Below are positions 47,885-62,429 of a DNA stretch of 64,000 nucleotides, piece by piece. Location of the stretch: positions 310,001-374,000 of the forward strand of contig NW_027251843.1 in assembly GCF_044704955.1 (NCBI RefSeq). Reading direction: 5' to 3'. The stretch comes from Pristiophorus japonicus (lineage: Eukaryota). A program made the translations under genes and the position numbers. The first letter of the stretch is position 1; each line of letters starts with the position of its first letter. The notes under the pieces were generated by a model. That model saw only the letters and a program-made list of their open reading frames with translations, had not been told where the DNA came from and did not search any database.

Positions 47885-49570
47885 CTTCGAACCCCACACC
47901 CTCTCTATTGCATCGGCCTCTTATTTCCATCTCCAACATTGCCCATCTCCACCCTACATCAGCCCCTTGATGGAAGAAACCCTTAGCTGAGCTTGTCTCA
48001 TCGCCACATTCAATTATTCCGATGTCCCCTCCCAGCTTCCTTCATCCACTCTCCATAAAACCCAACTTTCCAAAATGCAGTGTCCATACCCTGCCTCACA
48101 CCAAGTGCTGTTCCAATATGACCCCTGACCTCACTGACCTACTACCCCTGACCTCACTGACCTACTACCCCTGACCTCACTGACCTACTACCCCTGACCT
48201 TGTAGGTTGTTGGTTTCCCACTCTTCTCTGATTCATGAACCTCGGGAATTACGGGAAAGACTCCACGTAATGCAAAGTTTAGGCTTAACCCAACTGTTTG
48301 TTTATTACACAAAAACCAAATAAACATTACGCAGCAAGACTTCTTAGAGATTGACCGAAGACATACAATCGCCCTTCCAGCCAGTTGCTGCTGTTGTCGA
48401 TTGTCGGCTCGTGGAGCGAGGGAAGGTGTTGGGTCCCCGCTGCTGCTTCGTGGCCGTTGTTCATAGATATTCTGGTCTGAGGTGTTTCTTCGACCTGTTG
48501 TTCCTCTCTCTGAGTTCTTGTTCTCAGCTCTTACAGATATATCCATTCGATTATACACATCTCCTGCTGGGCTGCCTTTCAATTAATGCAACTGGTTGAG
48601 TCTCGATGGCTGTGATGATGGGTCTGGATATGTTCGGATGGCCACAATTCACACACAGAATCGACAGGGCAAAAGATAACTCCTTATCTTTTGTGCCCCG
48701 TTATCCAAAAATGCACACCTTGTGGGATCCTTTGTTAGCCTGGGTTTTCGCAGACATGGAGTCTCCAGAGGGAACTGGTTTTCCCCTCCGGCTAATTATT
48801 CCATGGGCTCCTCTGCTTGATTGTATCAAACCCTTTGTCTCGATGTTAATCGGGTCTCGTTCCTGACCCCAGGAATCGCACTAATCAGTTATCAGTCACC
48901 ACCTGCCCCTGGCTGGCAATCTTTCTCCCGCCCAACAGTCCCAAAGGTTTCTTTTAAACCATTTCAGTCTGTGGCCTCTTGCTGAGCCTCGATCATGAAA
49001 TGTGTAAACCTTACAACTTCACTGACCTACTACCCCTGACCTTTGACCTACTACCCCTGACCTCACTGACCTACGGCTACTGACCTCACTAACCTACTGC
49101 CACTGACCTACTACCCCAGACCGAATACCTCTCACCCTTGACCTCACTGACCTTCTCCCCATAACCTCACTGACCTACACTGCCTCCCTCAACCCCCAAC
49201 ACATCAAGTTTGAAAGCCTTGTCTCCGATTCCCTCCATGGCCTCTCTCCACCGTACCTCTGTGTCCTGCTGAGCTACACCCCACCCCCACCCCCGCCCCG
49301 GGCCCTTCGGTCTCCTCACTCCAGCCTCTTACCCATCGCTGCTTCGTGCATCCCACTGTTGATGGGCGGAGTCTTCAGACACCTCGTCCCCGATCTCTGA
49401 ACTCCCGGTTTTAATCCCGCCTCCTCTCCAGCTCTCTCTCCTCCATCAAACGCCATCCTTTCACCCAGGCCTTTAATCACCCTTCCTAAAGCCTCCCCAA
49501 CCCCCGCTCCCCCAGTTCTTACAGCAGCGATGTGAAGCGTCTTGAGAGCTTTGGCACATTAAAGGCACCC
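47885..49570 (+). mobile_element. Old L2 LINE 3' fragment with an internal 23-bp tandem expansion (48120-49180) and a solo LTR
   Basis: Degenerate similarity to 31290-31700 (tccctccatggcc, ttaaaggc tail); unit cccctgacctcactgacctacta. Confidence 0.6.
48201..49015 (-). mobile_element. Solo LTR (815 bp)
   Basis: TG...CA ends, 4-bp TSD ACCT/ACTT (48197-48200, 49016-49019), matches 20030-20686. Confidence 0.88.
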
Positions 49571-49937
49571 GATCAATGCAGCCTGTGTGTGGATTTCGGG
49601 TGAGGACAGTGCTGGACACAGTGGTGAGGCCTCCTGCAGTCGGATATCCTGCTGAGAGGGTCCAGGCTTACACACGTGGAATGGGGAAGTGGGTGAGGTT
49701 GGATCGTGCTGTCGGGGCCCATGGAACTGGATCCCAGCATGAAGCCTTCCTCAGGAGAGGAGAGGGAATGTTCAGAGCCCTGGGCTCCATTTCTCACACC
49801 AGGCATTTCCTGTCCCAGTGAAAGAATGAGATGCCAATGTTGTGCCCAGGTTAGGGGCAGTCTCGTGCTGTGGGCTCAGGTCTGCAAGAGGGAATTGGAT
49901 ATATACTTGAAAAGGAACAATTTGCTGGGTTACGGGG

Positions 49938-51562
49938 GCGAGGAACTTAACACAATCACAATCACTAAGGAGGTGGTACTCAGTAAGATAATGGGACTAA
50001 AGGCGGATAAATCCCCTGGACCTGATGGCTTGCATACCAAGGTGTTATGAAAAGTCGTGGCAGGGACAATGGATGCATTGGTTGTAATTTACCAAAATTC
50101 CCTGTATTCTTGGGAGGTCCCAGCAGATTGTAAAACTGCAAATGTAACGCCCCTATTTAAAAAAGGAGGTAGACAAAAAGCAGAAAACTTTCGATCAGTT
50201 CGCCTAACATCTGTGGTTGGGAAAATGTCGGAGTCCATTATTAAAGAAGCAGTAGCAGGACATTTGGATAAGCATAATTTAGTCAGGCACAGTAAGCATG
50301 GATTTATGAAGGGGAAGTCATGTTTGATAAAGTTGCAGAATTCTTTGAGGATGTAACGAGCAGGGTAGATAAAGGGGAACCAGTGGATGTGGTGTATTTG
50401 GACCTCCAGAAGGCATTTGACAAGATGCCACATAAGAGGTTACTGCATAAGATAAAAGGTCACGGGGTTGAGGGTAATATATTAGCATGTATAGACGATT
50501 GGCTAACTAACAGAAAACAGAGAGTCTGCAAAAATGGTTCATTCTCGGGTTGGGAATCAGTAACTAGTGGGGTGCCGCAGGGATCAGTGCTGGGACCCCA
50601 ACTATTTACAATATATATTGACGACTTGGATGATGTAACCGAATATAATGTAGTCAAGTTTCCTGACGATACAACGATGGGAGGAAAAGCAATGTGTGAC
50701 GAGGATACAGAAAACCTGCAAAAGGACGTAGGCAGGCTAAGTGAGTGGGCAAAGATTTGGCAGATGGAGTGTCATGTTGGAAAGTGTGAGATCATGCACT
50801 TTGGCAGAAAAATTCAAAGAGCAAGTTATTATTTAAATGGAGAAAGATTGCAAAGTGCTGTGGTGCAGCGGGTACTTGTGCATGAAACACAAAAAGTTAG
50901 TATGCAGATACAGTAAGTGATCAGAAAGGCCAATGGAATCTTGGCCTTTATTGCAAAGGGGACGGAGTATAAAAGCAGGGAAGTCTTGCTACAGCTATAC
51001 AGGGTATTGATGTGGACACACTAATTTTGGATTCCATGTTTAAGAAAGGATATACTTGCTTTGGAGGCAGGTCAGAGAAGGTTCATTAGGTTGATTCAGG
51101 AGATGAGGATGTTGATTTCTGAGGAAAGGTTAAGTAGGTTGGGTCTCTACTCATTGGAATTCAGAGGAATGAGAGGTGATCTTATCGAAACATATAAGGT
51201 TATGAGGGGGCTTGACACGGTGGATGCAGAGAGGATGTTTCCACTGATGGGGGAGAATAGAACTAGAGGGCACAATCTAAGAATAAGGGGTGCCCCATTT
51301 AAAACAGATGAGGAGGAATTTCTTCTCTCAGTGGGTTGTAAATCTGTGGAATTCGCTGCCTCAGAGAGCTGTGGAAGCTGGGTCATTGAATAAATATAAT
51401 GCAGAGATAGGCAGTTTCTTAACCGACAAGGGAATAAGGGGTTATGGGGAGCGGGGTGGGAAGTGGTCCTGAATCCATGATCGGATCAGCCATGGTCGTA
51501 TTAAATGGCGGAGCAGGCTCAAAGGACCGTGTGGCCGACTCCTGGTCCTATTTCTTACGTTC
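49938..51562 (+). mobile_element. 5'-truncated CR1 (RT to 3' UTR)
   Basis: ORFs 50057..50356, 50320..50916, 51061..51393. Confidence 0.92.
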
Positions 51563-51659
51563 TTTAACAGGGGAGGAGTGGGACTAATTGGGTAAATCTT
51601 TCAAAGAGCCAGCACAGGCACGAATGGCCGAATGGCCTCCTTCTGTGCTGTAAGATTCT

Positions 51660-51890
51660 AGGCTGTGAGTACGGTTCACAGTTTTCTCCCCTGTCATTAA
51701 CAAACGTACAGCTGTGACAACCTTCCTCTTTCATTTCCTCTATGGGTGAAGTTTTATTCTTCCGATCTGACAATATCATCAGTTATTTTTTGCACGGGGG
51801 ATTTCTGCTGTGGTCTGAGTCTTTAATAATAACCGTCCAATCAGGCAGAATAACAGCAGCTCGGACTGGCTAGGACAGCGAACCCAGGCT
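51660..51890. promoter_or_regulatory. Candidate B-cell enhancer, copy 1
   Basis: E-box CAGCTG 51709-51714, EICE GAGGAAATGAAA (minus) 51729-51740, RUNX TGTGGT 51809-51814, MEF2-type TTAATAATAA, CCAAT. Confidence 0.5.
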
Positions 51891-51894
51891 CAGT

Positions 51895-52870
51895 GCTGAC
51901 CCTGCAACATCCTCCTCACCAACATCTGGGGACTTATGTCAAAAGTGGGAGAGCTGTCCCACAGACTAGTCAAGCACCAGCCTGACATAGTCCTACTCAC
52001 AGAATCAGACCTTTCAGCCAATGTCCCTCCCAGTGCAAACAGTCGGGAGGGAGTGGCCCTGGGAGTCCTCAACATTGACTTCGGACCCCATGAAGTCTCA
52101 TGGCATCAGGTCAAACACGGGCAATGAAACCTCCTGCTGATTACCACCTCCCGCCCTCCCTCAGCTGATGAATCAGTACTCCTCCATGTTGAACACCACT
52201 TGGAAGAAGCACTCAGAGGAGCGAGGACACAGAATGTACTCTGGGTGGGGGACTTCACTGTCCATCACCAAGAGTGGCTCGGTAGCACCACTACTGACCG
52301 AACTGGCCGAGAGGGGCGATGCTGACATTGCAATCCCAGGTACTGGAGGACTGGAGGACTGCAAACGTGGTACCTTTGTTTAAAAAGGGAGCAAGGGATA
52401 GATCGAGTCACTACAGGTCAGTCAGCCTAACCTCAGGGGCAGGATTGGAGGAATCTTCATTTAACAAAACACGGATTAATCAAGGACAGTCAGCATGGAT
52501 TTGTTAAGGGAAGGTCGTGTCTGAATAACTTGATTGAATTTTTTGAGGAGATAACAAGGAGAGTCGATGAGAGCAGTGCGTATGATGCAGTGTATATGGA
52601 TTTTAACAAGGCTTTTGTTAAGGTCCCACATGACAGACTGGTCACAAAAGTAATAGCCCATGGGATCCAGGGCAAAGTGACAAGTTGGATCCAAAATTGG
52701 TTCAGAGGCAGTTAGCAAAGGGTAATGGTTGATGGGTGTATTTCTTACTGGAAGCCTGTATCCAGTGTGGTTCCGCAGGGCTCAGTACTGGGTCCCTTGC
52801 TTTTTATTAAATGGCGGAGCAGGCTCGAGGGGCAAAATAGCCTACTCCTGCTCATATTTCTCATGTTCTT
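51895..52870 (+). mobile_element. Mixed CR1-clade fragments (endonuclease and RT)
   Basis: ILLTNIWGL...PDIVLLTES, WVGDF; ORF 52530..52715. Confidence 0.75.
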
Positions 52871-53444
52871 ATAATAAATGCCGGCCTTGTCAGCAGCGCC
52901 CACATTCCATGAATGAATAAAAAACCCATGGGCTGACAGTTCAGGAGAATAGGACACACTTTCCTCTTTCACCCTCAACCATCATCACTGAAACAGATTA
53001 TCAGCTCATTATCACATTGCTGTTTGTGGGATCTTGCTGTGCACAAATTGGCTGCCACGTTACAACAGTGACTACACTTCAAAAAGTACTTCATTGGCTG
53101 TAAAGCGCTTTGTCATCCTGAAGATGTGAAAGGCGCTATATAAATGCATGTCTGTCTTTTTCTTTCTTTCACCCAACCATAATTCCCAAGGTCACGGGGG
53201 AGCGAGTGGAACTCTCCCTAGTTTCATTTTCCTTCAAAATATCAAATACCTGGAATGAGAAAAGGCCTTTTACCCATTAGCTCATTTAATCCCCTCCCAC
53301 ACACCATGTACACCCGACCCTATAATGGACCCTACCACCCATTTAATCCCCTCCCACACACCATGTACACCCGACCCTATCATGGACTCTCCCACCCATT
53401 TAATCCCCTCCCTCACACGGTGCAGAATCTCTATGATCACGGGC

Positions 53445-56400
53445 TCTATGGGGAATAAATTCGATAGGCCCTGCAAATGGGCGCGAGGATCATGATGCGG
53501 GATTAACCCACGCCCGTAGCTCCCGATGCAGGCAGCAAGCTAACGTTGTGCTGCCTGCTAACCTACATGATTGGTGCGTGCACCCAGCACTAACTGTGCT
53601 GTTGAGTGGCTACAGGCCTCAGCGCCCGGGGCCCAAGGTTGTGTGAGGCTGGCACCAGTTAAAGCTGGCCTGCACCTCTTAATGGACAAGTGAAATGTGT
53701 CTGGAGCAGGTGCTGGAAGTGGCTGTGGAAGACATTCTGACCTAGACCAAGACGTACTGATGACACAACAGGGGAGAGAGCCGGCTCCAAGATCCTCCAG
53801 CGCTGCACTGGAGGCCTTGGGGGAGGAGGTGCCGAGGGGGAGAGATGTTCTCTACTCACAGGGGGCAAGGAGGCTTCACCAGACAAACGTTTCGAAGGCA
53901 GTGACTCCAGGATCCGAGGACCGGGATGCAGTGCCGCCAAATGTTCAATGACCTCATGAGGATGGTCAATGTCGGTGAATTCATTTTCAAATGCCGTGTC
54001 CCACCAACTGCTCCACTAGTCTCACACATTGCTCAATGCACCACACCCCCATCACCCACTACCAACAATCTCTAGCAATCAGGACTCATGTACAAGAACA
54101 TAAGGAATAGGAGCAGGAGTGGGCCATACGGCCCCTCGAGCTGGTCCACCATTCAATAAGATCATGGCTGTTTTGATCTTGGCCTCACCTCCACTTTCCT
54201 GCCTGTTCCCCATAACGCAAGAATCTGTCTATCTCAGCCTTAAATATATTCAATGATCCAGCCTCCATAGATCTCTGGGGAAGAGAATTCCAAATATTCA
54301 CGACCCGCCGAGAGAAGAAATTCCTCCTCATCTCCATCTTAAATGGGGACCCCTTATTCTAAGACTATGCCCCCTAGTTCCAGATTCCCTCACGAGGGGA
54401 AACATCCACATTCACAGCTTCACCTCACCCTCACACACTTAGATTCTGCTGGAAGCCTCATGGCCACATCTCACAGCTTGCACATACTGCCAGCTATTCA
54501 ACCATGGCACATCACCCAAACACAGGGCACCACACTCACCGATACACTTCCCTCTCTTGCAGAGCAAGGTGGCCCAGAACCCGAGGCAGCAGGAGCTCAG
54601 TGGCGGGGGGCAGGCGTGCCCAGATGTCCTTACCCCCGTGGAGGAGACGGTGCTCGCCATCATTGGCGTGCCCATCGCTGAGCTCGTGGCCAGTGGCGGG
54701 GCAGAAACATAGAAGATGATGGTATGGCCTACCTAATCCTCCTTCTCACATCCCACGTCCCCCTCAGTCCACAATCCCCTCTGATTTACAAGCTGCAGAT
54801 GGTGTAAAGCATGCCCCTCTTACAGCGACCCCCCCACCACCCTCCCGGCACTGCAACCCTCCCCTTGTACCTTTCTCCTTTCACATACCCAGGGACTGCC
54901 ACTTGGCCAGGCAGTGTTGGAAGAGCAAGAGGTGGAAAAGACAGAAGACATGATGGTGAAGACACACCGTCACTCCATTTCACACTCACAGCCACCAGCT
55001 CAGATACTGACACTGCGTATAATGTAGAGGGTAGTGTGGAGGCACGTGGTGAGACACCGGGCACGAGGGGCCTGCAGCCAGGGCAGGGGGCAAGGATGGC
55101 GCAGGTTCCAGCTCGCCGGAGGGTGATGTCATGTATTCAACCAGCATTGTAACCCATGTATAATCTGGCCAAAGTTGTACACTGTGAGAACAATGACCAC
55201 TAGGTGGGAGACACTCCTAACCTGGGCCTTCAGGTACAAAAGGGGAAGCTCCACCCACCTTCATCACTTGGAGTGCTAAGGAATAAAGGACAGGTCACAG
55301 ACTGACCTTCTCTCAAGCATGGGCCTCGTGTGCATTTATACTGTATAGTAAGGACATATCAGGTGAGGTCACACACGGGTTCTGGTGTAGAGGACTCAGA
55401 TGAGTACTGCGATGGGCGGGCTACAGAAGAAGGCTGATGGGTATGTACAATGAAATGCTTGGTGTATTGGGAAGTCTGCCAGAAAGCCTGCGCTCAATGT
55501 CAAGGAGCACGGAGCAGTCGGGCACCAGCTTGGCACAGGGCTTTGTGCAGAGCTTGGAGCCCATCCTTTCCAGCACGGAATGGTGGCCCACTCCATTGGG
55601 GCCCTTGTGGACCCGGCCATGATGCAGCGTCTGATGGTCGATGTCTCGGCTTCCATTGCAGCACAAGCAGCAGCCACCCAACGCCATGAAATCTCAGACT
55701 GCTGCCATCATGGCTGCAAATTCCAGTGTTCAAAGGGCTTGCAGGGTGTCACAGCAGACCAGTAATCTGTCCCCCAGGAATGATGCGCCCCCTCCCCCCC
55801 AGGGGAGTGGCAGTGGCTCCGTGGTGCACAAACCTACTGCCCTCTCTCAGAATGACAGCATTTCTAATCCCACCACTGCCACTCCACCAGTGTCGATGCT
55901 GTTGTCTGTCAGCCAGCCAGCCCAGACTGCTGCCGCCAAGGCCGAGGTGGTACAGTCCACAGCCGGGCCTTCCAGGCCCAGAGCTGCTCGAGGTCGCTCT
56001 CCAAGGCCATCACCAGTCTCCCCAACTGAAAGTCAGCAGCCTTCCAGCAGCCATGCTGCAGCCCCTGGGGTATCAGTGCATAGGAGCACTCGGACAGGCA
56101 AAGACACACACAAGGCAGACACCAAGGGAATGCACAGGGGGATTAGTGGGCTTTTTGATCTAATATTGGATGCAATGTCGCCCCCACCATCTGGCACCAC
56201 TGCCCACAGAAGTTTCATGCCCTCAGACCACTGGTCAAGGTCAGGTCGAGCATCTTCAAAAGCCGTCTCCTACCAACTGCACCACTAACCTCGCACACTG
56301 CTCAATGTCCGACCCCCTGCCCCCCACAATCGCTCACGTACCAACAATCTGTACCAAACACCAGGCACACCTCCCAGTCCCAGCCTCACCTCACCCCCTT

Positions 56401-57735
56401 GGAGAAGACGCTGTAGGCCATTCTTGGCAGGGGCATGGCTGAGATATAAGATGCTGGTATCCTCGTACGTTATCCTCCTTCTCACGTCCCACTTCCCCCC
56501 TCAGAATTAGAATCGCTTCTAATTTACAAGGTGTGCAGGGTGTAAGCAGGCAGCTCTTGCTTTCCCGCCTCCCCTCACCACAACTCCGCCCTTCCTCATT
56601 TCACACACCCAAATCCAGCCTGCCCAGCCCACGGGTGACCAAGCAGAGCGAGAGGAGAGTGAAGGCACACCATCACTCGATTTCTCACTCCCAGCCACCC
56701 GCTCCTCAAGGTCGACCAGCAAGGCCATCTGCAGTGTCCCCCACTGAAAGTCAGCAGCCTTCCAGCAGCCCTGCTGCAGCCCCTGGGGTAGCACTGCGTG
56801 ACATCAGTACGATAGGCAAAGACACACACAAGACAGTGACTAATGGCGATCAGTTGATCTTTTGATGTATTATTGGATGCAGATATGGATAAAGTTGGAT
56901 TGAAAAGTTTGCTTTGTGGGGGCTTTTATTTCAGCATTGTGGCCAAGAGGACGCTGTGATGGTCAGTAACAGAGGGACGGTAAGGTGTGGGACTAATGCT
57001 GAAAGGGGATTGGGGTTGTGGTCACTGGGACCACAGGCGATGATTCGATCCCAGATATCCCGGCCAGAAAGCGGCTGTCTGGGTTGCCTCCTTCCTTCCA
57101 CTTCCTCCTCCTCCCTTTGCGAGCAGAAGCTGGAAATCTGAAATAAAGGCAGTAAATGCTGGAAATACTCAGCAGGTCAGGCAGCATCTTGAGCTGAAAC
57201 GTTAACTCTGTCTCTCTCCATGGATGCTGCCTGGCCTGCTGAGTATTTCCAGCATTCCTGATCTTTGCAGGGACCTTTCTTTACCACCCAAGGCCTTGAA
57301 CATGTCCAGCAGCACCCCTTGCATTCCCTGCACACTGAAAAAGCATTGAACATTTATTGCACCAAGCCACTACTTCCATAAAATATATTGTTTTAAACAG
57401 TCCAGAGCTTAAATGCCAACATACCTGAAAGATGTGTGGCCCGTTAAGAAGCACCAACAGCATCTGTGCAGGGCTGCTTCACGCCTGCTTTTCTGTGTGT
57501 GCTTAGGGCAGGGCCATATGGTGAGCGCAAATGTCCCAATTAACAGTCATGGCTCGAGCCAGGCATTGGTGTCACCATCTGACAATCCTCATTGTGAGGC
57601 GAGTGCTGCCAACGACAGCGGTAAGGCCCTAACCAAAATGGTGGATGACATGTCCCGGGCCGCAAGCAAGGCGGCTGCGATTATTTCAACAAAACCCTCT
57701 AAATGGCTGGCACCACACCGGGGAAATTCTCGGCT
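53445..57735 (+). mobile_element. Decayed PIF/Harbinger DNA transposon (Myb/SANT-like ORF on plus, transposase tail remnant on minus) with nested CR1 and solo LTR
   Basis: RERAPRSSSAALEALGEEV...RDVLY, RTGMQCRQMFNDLMR at ~53770-53960; acidic EEEEVEGRR...IWDRIIA on minus ~57035-57115; boundaries approximate. Confidence 0.6.
55127..55361 (+). mobile_element. Short Gypsy solo LTR (235 bp)
   Basis: TGTCATG...ATCA, AATAAA, 5-bp TSD GGTGA (55122-55126, 55362-55366). Confidence 0.9.
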
Positions 57736-57744
57736 AAAGAATCA

Positions 57745-59150
57745 TAAGTACATAAGAAATAGGAGCAGGACTAGGCCATTTGGCCCCTCGAGCCTGCTCT
57801 GCCAATTAATAAGATCATGGCTGATCTGATCCTGGGCTCAGCTCCACTTCCCTGCCCGCTCCCCATAATCCTTTACTGCCTTATCGTTCAAAAATCTGTC
57901 TATCTCCAACTTAAATATATTCAATGACACAGCCTCCACAACTCTCTCAGGCAGAGAATTGAACAGATTTACAACCCTCTGAGAGAAGAAATTCCTCCTC
58001 ATCTCAATTCTAAATGGGTGACCTCTTATTCTTAAACTCTGCCCCCGAGTTCTAGATTCCCCTATGAGTGGAAACATCCTCTCTGCATCTACCTTGTCGA
58101 GCCACCTCAGAATCTTACATGTTTCAAGAAGTTCATCTCTCATTCTTCTAAACTCCAAAGAGTATAGGTGGAGCAGGCATGGAAGTGGAGCTGAGTACAT
58201 GATCAGATCAGCCATGATCTTATTGAATGGCGGAGGGGCCTATTTCTTATGTTCTGGTAACTTGCTCAACCTTTCTTCATAAGTCAGCCCCTTCATCTCA
58301 GGAATCAACCTCGTGAACCTTATCTGAACTGCCTCCAGTGCAAATATATCCCTCCTTATAATAAGGGGACCAAAACTGTACACAGTACTCTCGGTGTGGT
58401 CTCACCAATACCCTGTACAGATGTAGCAGGACTTCCCTGCTTTTATACTCCATCCCCCTTGCAATTAAGGCCAACATTCCATTTGCCGTCCTGATTACTT
58501 GCTGTGCTTGCATACTAACTTTTTGTGTTTCATGCGCAAGGACCCCCAGGTCCCTCTGTATTGCAGCATTTTGTAATCTCTCTCCATTTAAATAATAATT
58601 TGCTATTCGATTTTTTACACTCGGTCCCTTCATACAAGTTATTACCATAGATTGTAAATAGTTGAGGCCCCAACACCGATCCCTGTGAAACCCCACTAGT
58701 TACCGTTTGCCTACCAGAAAATGACCCATTTATCCTGACTCCCTGTTTTCTGCGAGTTAACCAATCCTCTATCCATGCTAATATATTAGCACCAAACCCA
58801 TGTTCTCTTATCGTGAGTGGTAATCTTTTATGTGGTATCTTATTGAATCCCTTCTAGAAATCCAAATACACCACATCCACTTGTTCCCCCATAGCCACCC
58901 TGCGTGTTACGTCCTCAAAGAACTCCAACAAATGTGTCAAGCATGATTTCACTTTCATAAAAACAGGCTGACTCTGCTTGATTGAATTCTGCTTTCCCAA
59001 ATGTCCCGCTACTGCTTCCTTGATAATGAACTCCAGCATTTTCCCAACGACAGATGTTAGACTAACTGGTCTATATTCCTGCTTTCTGTCTCCCTTTTTT
59101 AAATAAGGGCGTTATATTTGCGGTTTTCCAATCTGCTGGGACCTCTCCAG
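57745..59150 (-). mobile_element. CR1 fragments
   Basis: ORFs 57838..58215, 58298..58696, 58854..59039. Confidence 0.88.
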
Positions 59151-59157
59151 AATTTGG

Positions 59158-61862
59158 TACATAAGAACATAAGAATATAAGAATTAGGAACAGGAGTAGG
59201 CCATCTCGCCCCTCGAGCCTGCTCCGCCATTCAACAAGATCATGGCTGACCTGGCCGTGGACTCAGCTCCACTTACCCGCCCGCTCCCCATAATCCTTAA
59301 TTCCCTTATTGTTAAAAATCTATCTATCTGTGACTTGAATACATTCAATGAGCTAGCCTCAACTGCTTCCTTGGGCAGAGAATTCCACAGATTCACAACC
59401 CTCTGGGAGAAGAAATTCCTTCTCAACTCGGTTTTAAATTGGCTCCCCCGTATTTTGATGCTGTGCCCCCTAGTTCTAGTCTCCCCAACCAGTGGAAACA
59501 ACCTCTCTGCCTCTATCTTGTCTATCCCTTTCATTATTTTAAATGTTTCTATAAGATCACCCCTCATCCTTCTGAACTCCAACGAGTAAAGACCCAGTCT
59601 ACTCAATCTATCATCATAAGTTAACCCCCTCATCTGCGGAATCAGCCGAGTGAATCGTCTCTGTACCCCCTCCAAAGCTAGTATATACTTCCTTAAGTAT
59701 GGTGACCAAAACTGCACGCAGTACTCCAGGTGCGGCCTCACCAATACCCTATACAGTTGCAGCAGGACCTCCTTGCTTTTGTACTCCATCCCTCTCGCAA
59801 TGAAGGCCAACATTCCATTTGCCTTCCTGATTACCTGCTGCACCTGCAAACTAACATTTTGTGATTCATTCACAAGGACCCCCAGGTCCCTCTGCAACGC
59901 AGCATGTTGTAATTTCTCCTCATTCAAATAATATTCACTTTTACTGTTTTTTTTTCCAAGGTGGATGACCTCACATTTTCCGACATTGTATTCCATCTGC
60001 CAAACCTTAGCCCATTCGCTTAACCTATCTAAATCTCTTTGCAGCCTCTCTGTGTCCTCTACACAACCCGCTTTCCCACTAATCTTTGTGTCATCTGCAA
60101 ATTTTGTTACACTACACTCTGTCCCCTCTTCCAGGTCATCTATGTATATTGTAAACAGTTGTGGCCCCAGCACCAATCCCTGTGGCACACCACTAATCAC
60201 CGATTGCCAACCTGAAAAGGACCCATTTATCCCAACTCTCTGCTTTCTGTTAGTTAGCCAATTCTCTATCCATGCTAATACATTTCCTCTGACTCCGCGT
60301 ACCTTTATTTTCTGCAGTAACCTTTTATGTGGCACCTTGTCGAATGCCTTTTGGAAATCCAAATACTCTACATCCATCGGTACACCTCTATCCACCTTGC
60401 TCATTATATCCTCAAAGAATTCCGGTAAATTAGTTAAACATGATTTCCCCTTCATGAATCCATGTTGCGTCTGCTTGATTGCACTATTCCTATCTAGATG
60501 TCCGGCCATTTCTTCCTTAATGATCGCTTCAAGCATTTTCCCCACTACAGATGTTAAACTATCCGGCCTTTAGTTAACTGCCTTTTGTCTGCCCCCTTTT
60601 TTAAACAGAGTTCAGAGAATTTTGGTAGATTATAACGAATGCATCTGCTATAACTTCCGCCATCTATTTTAATACCCTGGGATGCATTTCATGAGGACCA
60701 GGGGACTTGTCTACCTTGAGTCCCATTAGCCTGTCCAGCACTACCCACCTAGTGATAGTGATTGTCTCAAAGTCCTCACTTCCCACATTCCCATGACCAG
60801 CAATTTTTGGCATGGTTTTTGTGTCTTCCACTTTGAAGACCGAAGCAAAATAATTGTTTAAGGTCTCAGCCATTTCCACATTTCCCATTATTAAATCCCC
60901 CATCTCATCTTCTAAGGGACCAACATTTACATTAGTCACTCTTTTCCGTTTTATATATCGGTAAAAGCTTTTACTATCTGTTTTTATGTTTTGCGCAAGT
61001 TTACTTTGATAATCGATCTTTCCTTTCCTTATTGCTTTCTTAGTCATTCTTTGCTGTCGTTTAAAATTTTCCCAATCTTCTTGTTTCCCACTAACCTTGG
61101 CCACCTTATATGCATTGTTTTTAATTTGATACTCTCCTTTATTTCCTTGGTTATCCATGGCTGGTTATCCCTTCTCTTACCGACCATCTTTTTCACTGGA
61201 ATATATTTTTGTTGAGCACTATGAAAGAGCTCCTTAAAAGTCCTCCACTGTTCCTCAAGTGTGCCACCGTTTAGTCTGTGTTGCCAGTCTACTTTAGCCA
61301 ACTCTGCCCTCATCCCACTGTAGTCCCCTTTGTTTAAGCATAGTATGCTCGTTTGAGACACGACTCCCTCACCCTCAATCTGTATTATAAATTCAACCAT
61401 ACTGTGATCACTCATTCCGAGAGGATCTTTTACAAGGAGATCGTTTATTATTCCTGTCTCATTACACAGGACCAGATCTAAGATAGCTTGCTCCCTTGTA
61501 GGTTCTGTAACATACTGTTCTAAGAAACAATCCCGTATGCATTCTATGAATTCCTCTTCAAGGCTACCCTGTGCGATTTGATTTGACCAATCGGTATGTA
61601 GGTTAAAATCCCCCATGATTACTGCCGTTCCTTTTTCACATGCCTCCATTATTCCCTTGATTATTGTCCGCCCCACCGTGAAGTTATTATTTGGGGGCCT
61701 ATAAATTACGCCCACCAGTGACTTTTTCCCCTGACTATCTCTAATCTCCATCCACAATGATTCAACATTTTGTTTATTAGATCCAATATCATCTCTCACA
61801 ACTGCTCTGATATCATCCTTTATTAACAGAGCTAGCCCACCTCCTTTCCCTTCTTGTCTATC
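59158..61862 (-). mobile_element. Relatively young CR1 ORF2 (EN and RT) with few lesions
   Basis: ORFs 61044..61799 (IYRPP, GDFNL, SDH), 60664..61158, 59184..60545 (453 aa RT); TTCTTATG tail. Confidence 0.95.
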
Positions 61863-62429
61863 TTTTGAAGGGCGGTAAGAGAAGGGATAACCAGGCGTGG
61901 ATAACCAAGGAAATAAAGGAGAGTATCAAATTAAAAACCAATGAGTATAAGGTGGCCAAGGTTAGTGGGAAACTAGAAAATTGGAAAAATTTTAAACGAC
62001 AGCAAAGAATGACTAAGAAGCAATAAAGAAAGGAAAGATAGATTTCAACCAATGCATCCACAATTTATGCATCCACTTCATTGAAGACCCTAGGATGCTG
62101 GCCATCAGGTCCAGGGGACTTGTCCACCTTTAGTTCCATTATTTTACTGAGTACTTTTTCACGAATGGTAGCGATTGTTTTCTCAGCACAGAATCTCTCC
62201 CAGCCAGGATCTCAGAACACACTGTTCTTCAAAAGGGTTCCTGTTTAAGGATTCATGGGATTTTGGGGGCGGAGAGAGGGGGCAGTAGGACATTGGCTGA
62301 AAGGTCTGATTCTGTGAGTAGGACTATGTCAGGCTGGTGCTTGACTAGTCTGTGGGGCAGCTCTCCCACTTTTGGCACAAGTCCTCAGATGTTGGTGAGG
62401 AGGACGTTGCAGGGTCAGCACTGAGCCTG

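Noticed and set aside
55641-56865. Pro/Ser/Ala-rich host gene
   Set aside because: Low-complexity, partly duplicated tail of the decayed Harbinger Myb-like ORF
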